Positions 1-7,713 of a stretch of 64,000 nucleotides of DNA are shown here, piece after piece. Below the pieces are notes generated by a model. It had not been told where the DNA came from and did not search any database. It saw only the letters and a list, made by a program, of their open reading frames with translations. The stretch comes from Dehalococcoidia bacterium (GTDB taxonomy: Bacteria > Chloroflexota > Dehalococcoidia > UBA2979). Positions within the stretch are counted from its first letter, which is position 1. Each line of letters begins with the position of its first letter. Made by a program: the position numbers and the translations under genes. The stretch is taken from contig CAXXDN010000002.1 of the NCBI GenBank assembly GCA_963667465.2, forward strand, positions 1,696,001 to 1,760,000, in the 5' to 3' direction.

Positions 1-101
1 CCCCTGCCGCGCAGCCGCACCCCGGCCGCCTCCACGACGTCGCCCAGCGGATGGCGCTCCTTGAGCGCCGCGATGTCCACCGGCGCGTATCCGGCGGTCA
101 C
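1..101 (-). CDS. Partial gene (N-terminus), probable CHC2 zinc-finger/DnaG-like primase
   Basis: GTG at 101 overlaps the upstream stop (GTGA). Reads MTAGYAPVDIAALKERHPLGDVVEAAGVRLRGR, like the leader before a zf-CHC2 domain. Runs off the window before the Cys motif. Confidence 0.5.
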   Translation of the reverse strand, partial: MTAGYAPVDIAALKERHPLGDVVEAAGVRLRGR

Positions 102-571
102 TGCGAGCCGCCCTTCGCGAGGGGCCGGAGGCCCCGCAGGCTGCGCCGCGAGACGAGTTTTCCAACAGGCCAGCGCATGCCCAGGACGGCCAGCACCTCC
201 AGCGCCCCGCCGGGGTGCGGGGCGAGCACGGCGGCCCGGCCCGTGCCGGGGCTGTAGACGACCGCCTCGCGGTCGCCGAAGCGCCTGCGCGCCACGCCGA
301 GCCACTCGCCGTACGCCCAACGCGTTTCCTCGGCCGTGGCCCGCTTCAGGTCCACGCTCGCGAGGACCGCGAGCGCCCCGTCGAGGTCGCCCGCCTGCCG
401 CAGCCGCCGCGCCTCGTGGACGCTGCGGGCGATGCCCTGCGGCGGGGTTGTCTCCGGGGTCGCTCCGAGGAGCGCCTCGAAGATGCGGTCAACCAGTTCC
501 TCGAGGCTGCGTCCGGGGCGGCCTCCCACCGTGGTCGCAGCCGTGCTCATCGTCGTCGTTGCCATCGTCAT
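98..571 (-). CDS. Hypothetical protein (157 aa)
   Basis: AAGGAGG RBS (584-578) before ATG at 571; coupled to the next gene by GTGA overlap. Confidence 0.75.
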   Translation of the reverse strand: MTMATTTMSTAATTVGGRPGRSLEELVDRIFEALLGATPETTPPQGIARSVHEARRLRQAGDLDGALAVLASVDLKRATAEETRWAYGEWLGVARRRFGDREAVVYSPGTGRAAVLAPHPGGALEVLAVLGMRWPVGKLVSRRSLRGLRPLAKGGSQ

Positions 572-607
572 CTCGCGCCTCCTTCTGGCGTCTGTGCTGT
601 TCGCGTC

Positions 608-659
608 TCGTGCGCCCTCGCGGGCAAGAAGTGGGGCCGCCCCCGGAGGGACGGCCCCA
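608..659 (-). repeat. Intergenic structured repeat, copy 1 (11-bp stem + GCGA tetraloop hairpin)
   Basis: Minus strand GGGGCCGTCCC-TCCG-GGGGCGGCCCC-ACTTCTT-GCCC-GCGA-GGGC-GCACGA; near-identical copy at 1341-1392. Confidence 0.85.
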
Positions 660-696
660 TGGCTGGATGGATGTGGTGGGGCGAAGCCCCGGGTCG

Positions 697-1203
697 TCAG
701 GAGCGGAAGGCCCTCCTCGTCTTGCCGGGAAGCCCCGCGAGGAGCGCTCCCGCAACGCCGAGGGCGGCAACGTTCGCGGCGGCCGTCTCCAGCCCGTGGC
801 CGAGCAGCAGCGGCGCCGCGAGCAGCGCCGCCAGCCCCGCGATGACCGCGAGCCTCCGCGTCGGCCACGGCCTGCGCGGAGCCCCGGCGACGGGCTCGTC
901 TACCGGCTCGTAGGCCGTCCAGATGGGCAGGCCGATGAGGCCCTCGAGCGCTGTCACGATGTGGCCGCGCGTGCAGCCGCCGCTGTGGCAGCGCACGTCG
1001 ATGCCGTTGCCGTCGGGCCGCTGCCGGAACGCCAGCCCGTCGGGCTCATCGCCCTCGTGGCAGACGGCGGCGCTCGTCCGGAACCAGCCCCGCTCGAAGC
1101 TCACTTCGTGCGGGATGAGGCCCGCGATGCGGCCTGCGCTCGGTCCCGTGTACCGCTGCGCTGCCGCTCGCATCTCCATGGCGTCCATGTGCTCTGCGTT
1201 CAT
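697..1203 (-). CDS. Zn-finger-like protein with C-terminal membrane helices (paralog A)
   Basis: VCHEGD...DGNGIDVRCHSGGC motif, then two hydrophobic segments; GAGGAGG RBS; paralog of 1427-1951. Confidence 0.8.
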   Translation of the reverse strand: MNAEHMDAMEMRAAAQRYTGPSAGRIAGLIPHEVSFERGWFRTSAAVCHEGDEPDGLAFRQRPDGNGIDVRCHSGGCTRGHIVTALEGLIGLPIWTAYEPVDEPVAGAPRRPWPTRRLAVIAGLAALLAAPLLLGHGLETAAANVAALGVAGALLAGLPGKTRRAFRS

Positions 1204-1340
1204 TCCGTGACCTCCTCGTCACTGCGTGCTCGTTGCTGTTGCTGGCGACTCGATCCGGCATCCCTGGCGCGGGTCATGGCTCAGTTGCTGCTGGATACAC
1301 TCCGCCCACGGTCGGATGCCGGACCGGGGGAACGGGGTGG

Positions 1341-1392
1341 TCGTGCGCCCTCGCGGGCAAGCAGAGGGGCCGCCCCGTCAGAGGCGGCCCCA
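1341..1392 (-). repeat. Intergenic structured repeat, copy 2
   Basis: Minus strand GGGGCCGCCTC-TGAC-GGGGCGGCCCC-TCTGCTT-GCCC-GCGA-GGGC-GCACGA. Confidence 0.85.
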
Positions 1393-1426
1393 GTTCGTGA
1401 TGGCCGTGCGGTGCGGGTGCCGGAGG

Positions 1427-1951
1427 TCAGCCGTGGCGGCGGGCCGCCCGCAACCAGCCGGTGGCGAAGTGCCCCATGAGGGCGTAGCCGAGGCTGTACC
1501 CGACCACGTTCAGGAGGGCCGCGTCGTAGCCGTGACCGAGCAGCAGCGGGACCGCCAGCGCGAGTCCCCCGCCGCACCAGAACAGGAGCCGCTCCGTGGT
1601 CACGAAGTGCGCCGGCGCGGCGGTCGCCGGAGCGGCCTCCGCCGGCGCATAGGCCGTCCAGATGGGCAGGCCGATGACGCCCTCGATCGCCGTGATGACG
1701 TGCGCCCGCGTGCAGCCGCCTGTGTGGCAGTGCACGTCGATGCCGTTGCCGTCGGGGCGCTGCCGGAACGCGAGTCCGTCCACGTCGTCGCCCCCGTGGC
1801 AGACGGCCGTCGTCGTGCGGAACCAGCCCCGCTCGAAGACGACCGGGTGGGGGATGCGCTGCGCGATGTCCCGGGCGCCTGGTCCGGTGTAGCGCTGGGC
1901 GACGGCGCGCAGCTCCATCGCGTCCATCCCTGTTGCGTGTTCTTCATGCAT
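1427..1951 (-). CDS. Zn-finger-like protein with C-terminal membrane helices (paralog B)
   Basis: AAGGAGG RBS; VCHGGD...DGNGIDVHCHTGGC motif; shares MDAME.RA.AQRYTGP, FERGWFRT and IGLPIWTAY with 697-1203. Confidence 0.8.
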   Translation of the reverse strand: MHEEHATGMDAMELRAVAQRYTGPGARDIAQRIPHPVVFERGWFRTTTAVCHGGDDVDGLAFRQRPDGNGIDVHCHTGGCTRAHVITAIEGVIGLPIWTAYAPAEAAPATAAPAHFVTTERLLFWCGGGLALAVPLLLGHGYDAALLNVVGYSLGYALMGHFATGWLRAARRHG

Positions 1952-2412
1952 GGTCGTTGCGACCTCCTTCTTCCTGGTGGAGTGGTTGCTGGTGGCCTCG
2001 ACTCCGCAGCGGGAATCGGGACCGGGGCTGGGTGGACTGGCTCTCAATGCGTCCGGTTCGGGGCGCAGTGCTCCCAGGGACTCCGGGGCCGAGTGCTGAA
2101 CGCGACTCGCCACGCGGTCTCCCGGCGTTCGAGGCGGCCTCCGGGGAGCAGAGCTCGACCCTTCGGACGCCTCCCGCCGCGGGAAGCGGTTGTCCCTCAC
2201 TGGCCGGCCTTCGGGAGAGCGAGGCTCGATCCGTCGGGTCGTCCGGGTCCGGGATGGACCCTCCAGGTTTCTCAGGCAGGAAACGCTGGAAAAGCCGGAA
2301 ACTGCGTTCGAGTGTCGGAAACGCCTGCGCGGAAGGGAAGGGGGTTCGGGGCCGTTCCGCCGGAATCACTTGCCCCGCTGCGACAGGAAGTCGGCTGTGC
2401 TGCGACAGGCGC

Positions 2413-3246
2413 TTACTTCGGCCACAGTCCGAGGGTGAGCAGGCGCCGCACGCGGCGCCGCCAGAGCGCGCTCTTGCGGTCTGCGCGCACGTCCGCGAGC
2501 ACCTGCCGTCGCTGCCACAGCTCGTTGCGGCGGTCGGCGCGGTCCCAGGGGTAGACCGCCGGCGGGAGCGTCAACTCGTGGTCGCCGATGAGCATCAGCT
2601 CGAGCTCGCGCATGCGCAGCTCGGCGTCGAGCCGCTCCAGCCTCCCCCGACCCTCGCGCGCCTCCATGCGCGCCTGCCGCCAGGCGACGACGTGCGCGGT
2701 CGCCTCGCCGTAGAGGTGCTCCTCGCCGGGCTGCGGCTCTGCCGTCACGAGCTGCGGGTACGGTCGCCACGGCAGGTCCCGGTCGCCCGCTGCACGCGCG
2801 TCCGTCCGCGCACTCCGTCCCGCCGACACGGGCGTCGCCTGCGCCGGCCGCGGTTCCCGGCGGCGCGGCGCCGGGGCCCCGCTCTCCCTCAGTCCCGCAA
2901 GCTCGCTCCGCAGCGCGCCGAATCCGGCCTCCAACGAGTCGTCCAGCGCGGCGAGCCGCCCTTCGAGGGCGGTCACCCGCTCCTCGACGGCGCTGAGCGC
3001 GGCGCGGTCGGCCGCCACGAGCCACTGCTCCAGCGCGTTCGCGAGGTGCGGGGTGAGCCGGCCCGAGGTCATGCTCCGCCAGATCGTCTTGCGGCCGATG
3101 CCCAGCAGCTCCGCGGCCTCGCCCTGGCTGTGCCGCTCCACCAGGTCGCGCAGGACCGCCAGCAGCCGCAGCTCACGCACGGTGTCGAGGTTCGGCGCTG
3201 CTCCGTCACCGCCTGTCACGTCGTTGCCCGCGCCGTCTGCATCCAT
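2413..3246 (-). CDS. HTH + coiled-coil hypothetical protein
   Basis: SQGEAAELLGIGRKTIWRSM HTH-like motif followed by a heptad-like segment; start uncertain (ORF open to 3447). Confidence 0.7.
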   Translation of the reverse strand: MDADGAGNDVTGGDGAAPNLDTVRELRLLAVLRDLVERHSQGEAAELLGIGRKTIWRSMTSGRLTPHLANALEQWLVAADRAALSAVEERVTALEGRLAALDDSLEAGFGALRSELAGLRESGAPAPRRREPRPAQATPVSAGRSARTDARAAGDRDLPWRPYPQLVTAEPQPGEEHLYGEATAHVVAWRQARMEAREGRGRLERLDAELRMRELELMLIGDHELTLPPAVYPWDRADRRNELWQRRQVLADVRADRKSALWRRRVRRLLTLGLWPK

Positions 3247-3255
3247 GTTCCCGCT

Positions 3256-3339
3256 TGACCCATTTCCCGGGGTTTCTGACCCATCCGGCCGCGTCCGCGG
3301 CTGCGCCCGATGACCCAATTCCCGGGGTTTCTGACCCAT
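3256..3339. repeat. Two 29-bp direct repeats, each with two TGACCCA boxes
   Basis: TGACCCA(T/A)TTCCCGGGGTTTCTGACCCAT at 3256-3284 and 3311-3339 (one mismatch). Confidence 0.9.
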
Positions 3340-3505
3340 GGACGTGGAACGCGCCCCGGACTGCGACTTCGCGTCCAGCCCGTCCTGTAGGGGCCGTTTC
3401 CCCCTGGAATCACTGTGGTTTCGGGCCTTGCCCCATTCCGTGACCAACGTCTTTTCTCCTTACACGGCTACCACATCACACCGCGTCCCGGCCGCCCACG
3501 CCCCA

Positions 3506-3533
3506 TAAGGGGGGCCACGCGCGGCCCCCCTTA
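3506..3533. promoter_or_regulatory. Perfect 11-bp inverted repeat upstream of the transfer operon (oriT or operator candidate)
   Basis: TAAGGGGGGCC-ACGCGC-GGCCCCCCTTA in the divergent intergenic region. Confidence 0.5.
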
Positions 3534-3609
3534 CAAGGCATTCCGCAGCGCCGCCCCCCTCTACACACTCGATTGCCGTCACTGCCACCGACCACAAGGA
3601 GGCCACGGC

Positions 3610-4239
3610 GTGCGACGGCACACGAACACGAAGACCACATCCGGTAGGGCGAGGCGCCTGCGGGCGCTCGGAGCGGCGCTGCTGCTGGCAGCGCTCGCGG
3701 CCGTCCCCTCGAGCGGGACGGCCCTCGCCCAGCAGCCGCCCGACCCCGACTCCCCGATCGTCCTCGTCAACGCGGACGACGAGGACCTCGTCGAGCGCAA
3801 GGGCGACGGGCGCTTCATCGCCCGGCCCGTCTTCGACCGCGAGCTGCCGATCGTCTACTTCGGCGTGCGCGACGGCGACACGGGCGAGTGGGTCGTGCCC
3901 ATGTACCGGCTGCGCGGCGGCGAGAAGGAGCGCCGCGACGGCTGGGAGTACTCCTTCGAGTACCCCTTCGAGGACGGCCAGACCGCACTCGACCCGGAGC
4001 GCCCCTACCTGCTCGTGATGCTCGCGAAGAGCTGGGCGGAGGTGAACGGGCACTTCTACGCCGTCATCCCCATCCACGAGCCGGGCGGCATCTGGAACAA
4101 AGTGCTGGGCGCGCTCGACCCCGAGCGCTGGGGCCGGGCGATCGCCGCGTGGCTGATCGAGGGCGCGCACGGGATGCTCTGCGGCGTCGTCGAGCGCGCC
4201 TCTGGCGCAGACGCCGAGGCCTGCGAGGTCTCCCCGTGA
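3610..4239 (+). CDS. Secreted/exported protein, first gene of transfer operon
   Basis: AAGGAGG RBS and GTG at 3610; signal peptide RARRLRALGAALLLAALAAVPSSGTALA. Confidence 0.75.
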   Translation: MRRHTNTKTTSGRARRLRALGAALLLAALAAVPSSGTALAQQPPDPDSPIVLVNADDEDLVERKGDGRFIARPVFDRELPIVYFGVRDGDTGEWVVPMYRLRGGEKERRDGWEYSFEYPFEDGQTALDPERPYLLVMLAKSWAEVNGHFYAVIPIHEPGGIWNKVLGALDPERWGRAIAAWLIEGAHGMLCGVVERASGADAEACEVSP

Positions 4240-5237
4240 GCGACATCTTCACGGGCACGCCCGCCGGCCTCACCTACGACCACGAGATCGTGCGCCAGGC
4301 GTGGATGGCCGTCTGGGTCGTTACCTCCGGGGCGCTCGTCGTGATCGTCGGCTGGATGGGCATCAGCCTGATCGTCGGCGACCACGTGGGCAGGGCGCAG
4401 GCGGGCTGGCGCGAGCTGGTCCCGCGCCTCGCGCTCGGACTGGTCGCCGCCGCCGCGTCGCTGTGGTGGTGCGCGCTCGTCATCGACATCGCCGACGCGG
4501 TGTCGGGCTTCATCGCCGCAGAACTCGGCGTGACCGCCGGCGACATGCTGCGCTCGACGCTCGAGACGCTGCTGCGGGCGGTGCAGGTCGGCAGCGTGGG
4601 CATGGCCCTGCTACTGGCGCTGATCTACCTCGTCTACGGCTTCTTCGTGCTCTACCTCGTCGTGCAGATGGTGCTGCGCCTGGCGCTGATCGACATCCTG
4701 CTGGCGCTCGCGCCGGTCGCCCTCGGGCTCTGGATCCTGCCGCACACGGCGGGCTGGGGCCGGCACTGGCTGCGGCTCTTCATGACGACCGTCTTCCAGC
4801 AGGCGATCCAGCTCGTGGCGCTGGCGCTCGGCATCGGCTTCCTCAACGAGTACGCCGCGATCGGCTCGGGCGACGCGATGCAGGACCTCGCCTGGAAGCT
4901 GCTGATGTCGCTCGCCTTCATCTACCTGGCTACGCGCGTGCCCTCGATGCTCGGCAACGCCGGGACCTTCGACGCCTGGCTGCACACCCTCTACTTCGGC
5001 ATGTCCCTCCCCGGCTCGCTGGCGCGCTCGGCGCGCTCGGTCGGCTTGCTTGCGGGCGGCGGCGCGGCCGGCGGTCCCGCCGGTGCGGTCGCAGCGGGAG
5101 CGGCGGGAGCCGCCGCGGGCGCTGGTGCGTCTGCAGCCGCGTCCGGCGTGAGCTCCGCAACCCAGTCCTCGACGCCCTCCGCCGGCGGCGGCAACGCCGC
5201 GCCCGGCTCGGGCCTGCCCCGCAGCAGCGGCGAGTAG
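4236..5237 (+). CDS. VirB6/TrbL-like polytopic conjugation membrane protein
   Basis: GTGA overlap; several TM helices, RLALIDILLALAPVAL..W..W pattern, Gly/Ala-rich tail typical of TrbL. Confidence 0.75.
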   Translation: MSDIFTGTPAGLTYDHEIVRQAWMAVWVVTSGALVVIVGWMGISLIVGDHVGRAQAGWRELVPRLALGLVAAAASLWWCALVIDIADAVSGFIAAELGVTAGDMLRSTLETLLRAVQVGSVGMALLLALIYLVYGFFVLYLVVQMVLRLALIDILLALAPVALGLWILPHTAGWGRHWLRLFMTTVFQQAIQLVALALGIGFLNEYAAIGSGDAMQDLAWKLLMSLAFIYLATRVPSMLGNAGTFDAWLHTLYFGMSLPGSLARSARSVGLLAGGGAAGGPAGAVAAGAAGAAAGAGASAAASGVSSATQSSTPSAGGGNAAPGSGLPRSSGE

Positions 5238-5337
5238 CCCCAACCACGACGACGAGCGGAGGAGCGGAGCGATGTGCCGGTAGGCGAACGAGCAGCACCG
5301 AGAGACGACCACACAGCAACTGCAAGGAGCGAAATAA

Positions 5338-5634
5338 GTGCAAGACCTGGTTCAAACGATCTCAAACCTGGTGGGCATCCTGCTCGGGGTCGTCGGCGCG
5401 ATCGGCGTCGGCTTCTTCATCTACGGGTCCTACCTCTACCTCACCGCCAGCGGCGCGCCCCACCAGATGGAGCGTGGCAAGAGCGCGATGATGACGGCGC
5501 TCGCCGGCATCGTGCTGGCGATGGTCGCCTTCGGCGTCGTCGAGCTGGTGATGGACGCCGTCGTCAACCCCGCGGTCAAGGTGGGCGACGTTCCCGACCC
5601 GAAGGCCCTCCCGACGCCCAAGGCGGGAGGCTAG
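5338..5634 (+). CDS. VirB2/TrbC-like pilin
   Basis: 98 aa with two TM helices flanking YLTASGAPHQMERGK; AAGGAG RBS. Confidence 0.75.
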   Translation: MQDLVQTISNLVGILLGVVGAIGVGFFIYGSYLYLTASGAPHQMERGKSAMMTALAGIVLAMVAFGVVELVMDAVVNPAVKVGDVPDPKALPTPKAGG

Positions 5635-5636
5635 CC

Positions 5637-7376
5637 GTGCGAGCGCACGAAGTCCCCACCCACGTGCAGGCCGAGGACCGCGTCCTGCTGTGGCTGACCT
5701 TCCCCCAGATCGTGGCGATGACGGCCGTCTGCGCCCTCGCCTACGGTCTCTACCACTACGCACCCGTCGGTCCCGCGGGCGTGCGCATCGCGGCGGCAGG
5801 GCTCTTCGGGCTCGTCGGCTTCGCCGTCGTGGCGGGCCGCGTCAACGGCAGGCGGCTGCCGCTCGTGGCGGCCGACCTGCTGCGCTACGCCTTCGGGGCG
5901 CGGCGCTACGCCGGGCCTCCCGCCGAGCTCGTGCGCGGCGAGCCGCCCGCTCCCGTGCAGTCGCCCGGGGGCCGCGAGGGCGATCCTCTGCGGCTGCTGG
6001 CGCGGCGCATGCTGCGCAGGACGCGGCGCACCGCCCGGAAGCGGAAGGAGGGCGAGCGCCGCACCGGGCGCCTGCCCTTCCGCCCGCAGCGCCTCTTCGG
6101 CAGGCGGCGCGCCGGCGAGGAGCCGGACGGAGCACCGGCGGCCCGCGAGGACCGCGAGCAACGGCTCGGCCAGCAGCGGCGCGGGAAGCGCGGCTTCTGG
6201 AAGAGTTTTCTCGCGGCGGCCGCCCTCGCGCTGGTCGCGCTCAGCACGCTGCCGCTGGCGGCGGCGCTCGCCCAGGAGCCGGGCGAGGCGGGATGGAGCT
6301 CCGAGGAGATCGAGTTCCAGCCACCACCCCCGGTCGCCGGACGGCGGCTCTTCGTCGAGGGCCTCACGGTCAGCGGGGAGCGGGCGGAGGTCGTCCTGCG
6401 GGCAGCCACGGAGCTGCGGCTCACGGTACGCGTCTACGGCGGCCCCGAGGGCGACACTTCGCGCTACTACGCGACCACATCCCTCGATGAGGGCGAGCGC
6501 GCGACGTACGACCTGCCCCTCGACGGGCCGAGTCCGTCGGTCGTCTTCTCCTGGCGGGACGGGCTCGGGCAGGCGGGGGCGCTCTCACTCGACGGCGAGC
6601 GGCTGCCGTGGCCGCTGCCAGTAGTAGCAGGCGAGCTTTGCAGCCTGCGCGTCGTCTCCCTCAAGTGGAGCGCGGGCGCTGTCGAAGGCGCCGTTGCCTC
6701 AGCGTGCGTGAGCGCGATCGAGGAGCGGGTGGACCTGCCGGTGAGCGCGGGCCACCACTCCCAGACGGTCACGGCGCTGCTCGACGCGGAGGTCACGGCC
6801 GTGACCGGGACGCTCACGGTTTCGTCGGGCGCGAGGGAGACGGCAGTCGCCTTCGTCGCTGGCGGCGAGACCCGCTTCCGGCTGCCGGTGGCGGCGAGCG
6901 AGGGCGTCCACGCGCTTGCCATGGAGGCGGCGCTGCAGGCAACGCTGCGTATCCCGCTGCCGCCGCTGGTGGAGCTCACCCATCACCCCGAGCGCACGGA
7001 GCGCCTCACCGAGACTGCATCGGTGAGCATCCCCGCTTCCGGGGAAACGGTGACCATCCCCAACGGGGACGGCACCTTCACGGAGCACAGCGTCACCGCG
7101 AGCTGTTCCGTCCCGGCCTCGACCGTCAGCCAGGACGTCGTCTTCACCGTCGTCCACGCCGAGCGGATCGAGGCCGCGGTGGTTGAGCGGGCGCCTCTCA
7201 CGCGCACCCGGACGGAGACGCTGGCGTTCTCATCGAGCCTGTGGTCGGACGACGCCTACCGGGCGCTCACTGTCCCGAAGCCCGAACCCGAGCCCGAGCT
7301 TGTCACGCCGGTACCCGCCGGCAGCGGCGAGCTGGGCGAGTGGTTCGAGGAGCTCGGCTGGGAGTGGCCGTGGTGA
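5637..7376 (+). CDS. PrgI (VirB3-like) domain fused to a large exported domain
   Basis: N-terminus HEVPTHVQAEDRVLLWLTFPQ plus two TMs fits PrgI; internal signal-peptide-like stretch then a ~370-aa Val/Thr-rich domain. Confidence 0.75.
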   Translation: MRAHEVPTHVQAEDRVLLWLTFPQIVAMTAVCALAYGLYHYAPVGPAGVRIAAAGLFGLVGFAVVAGRVNGRRLPLVAADLLRYAFGARRYAGPPAELVRGEPPAPVQSPGGREGDPLRLLARRMLRRTRRTARKRKEGERRTGRLPFRPQRLFGRRRAGEEPDGAPAAREDREQRLGQQRRGKRGFWKSFLAAAALALVALSTLPLAAALAQEPGEAGWSSEEIEFQPPPPVAGRRLFVEGLTVSGERAEVVLRAATELRLTVRVYGGPEGDTSRYYATTSLDEGERATYDLPLDGPSPSVVFSWRDGLGQAGALSLDGERLPWPLPVVAGELCSLRVVSLKWSAGAVEGAVASACVSAIEERVDLPVSAGHHSQTVTALLDAEVTAVTGTLTVSSGARETAVAFVAGGETRFRLPVAASEGVHALAMEAALQATLRIPLPPLVELTHHPERTERLTETASVSIPASGETVTIPNGDGTFTEHSVTASCSVPASTVSQDVVFTVVHAERIEAAVVERAPLTRTRTETLAFSSSLWSDDAYRALTVPKPEPEPELVTPVPAGSGELGEWFEELGWEWPW

Positions 7377-7690
7377 GGCGGGCCACGTCCGTCCTGCTGC
7401 TCGCCGGGGTCGCGCTGGTCACGGCCGGCGCGGCCCCGGAGGAGGAGCAGGCCATGCTCGACGCCTTCGACGAGGCGCTCACGGCGATGGCCTACGCCGC
7501 CTCGGGGCTGTGCGTCTTCTCCCTGGTCTGGGCGGGCTTCCTGCTCATGGCCGACGGCGCCGAGGAGCGCGGCCTCGGGCGTGCTCGCAGCGCCGTCTTC
7601 CTGGCCGTGGCCGGCCTCGCGCTCGTGCTCTCCGCGAAGGGCGTCGCCGCCCTCCTGCGCGCGGGCGTCCTTCCCTTCTTCACGCCCTGA
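7373..7690 (+). CDS. Second pilin-like membrane protein
   Basis: GTGA overlap; WAGFLLMADGAEERGLGRARSAV between hydrophobic helices, same topology as 5338-5634. Confidence 0.65.
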   Translation: MRRATSVLLLAGVALVTAGAAPEEEQAMLDAFDEALTAMAYAASGLCVFSLVWAGFLLMADGAEERGLGRARSAVFLAVAGLALVLSAKGVAALLRAGVLPFFTP

Positions 7691-7713
7691 CCCTCAAGCA
7701 AAGGACGATCACG

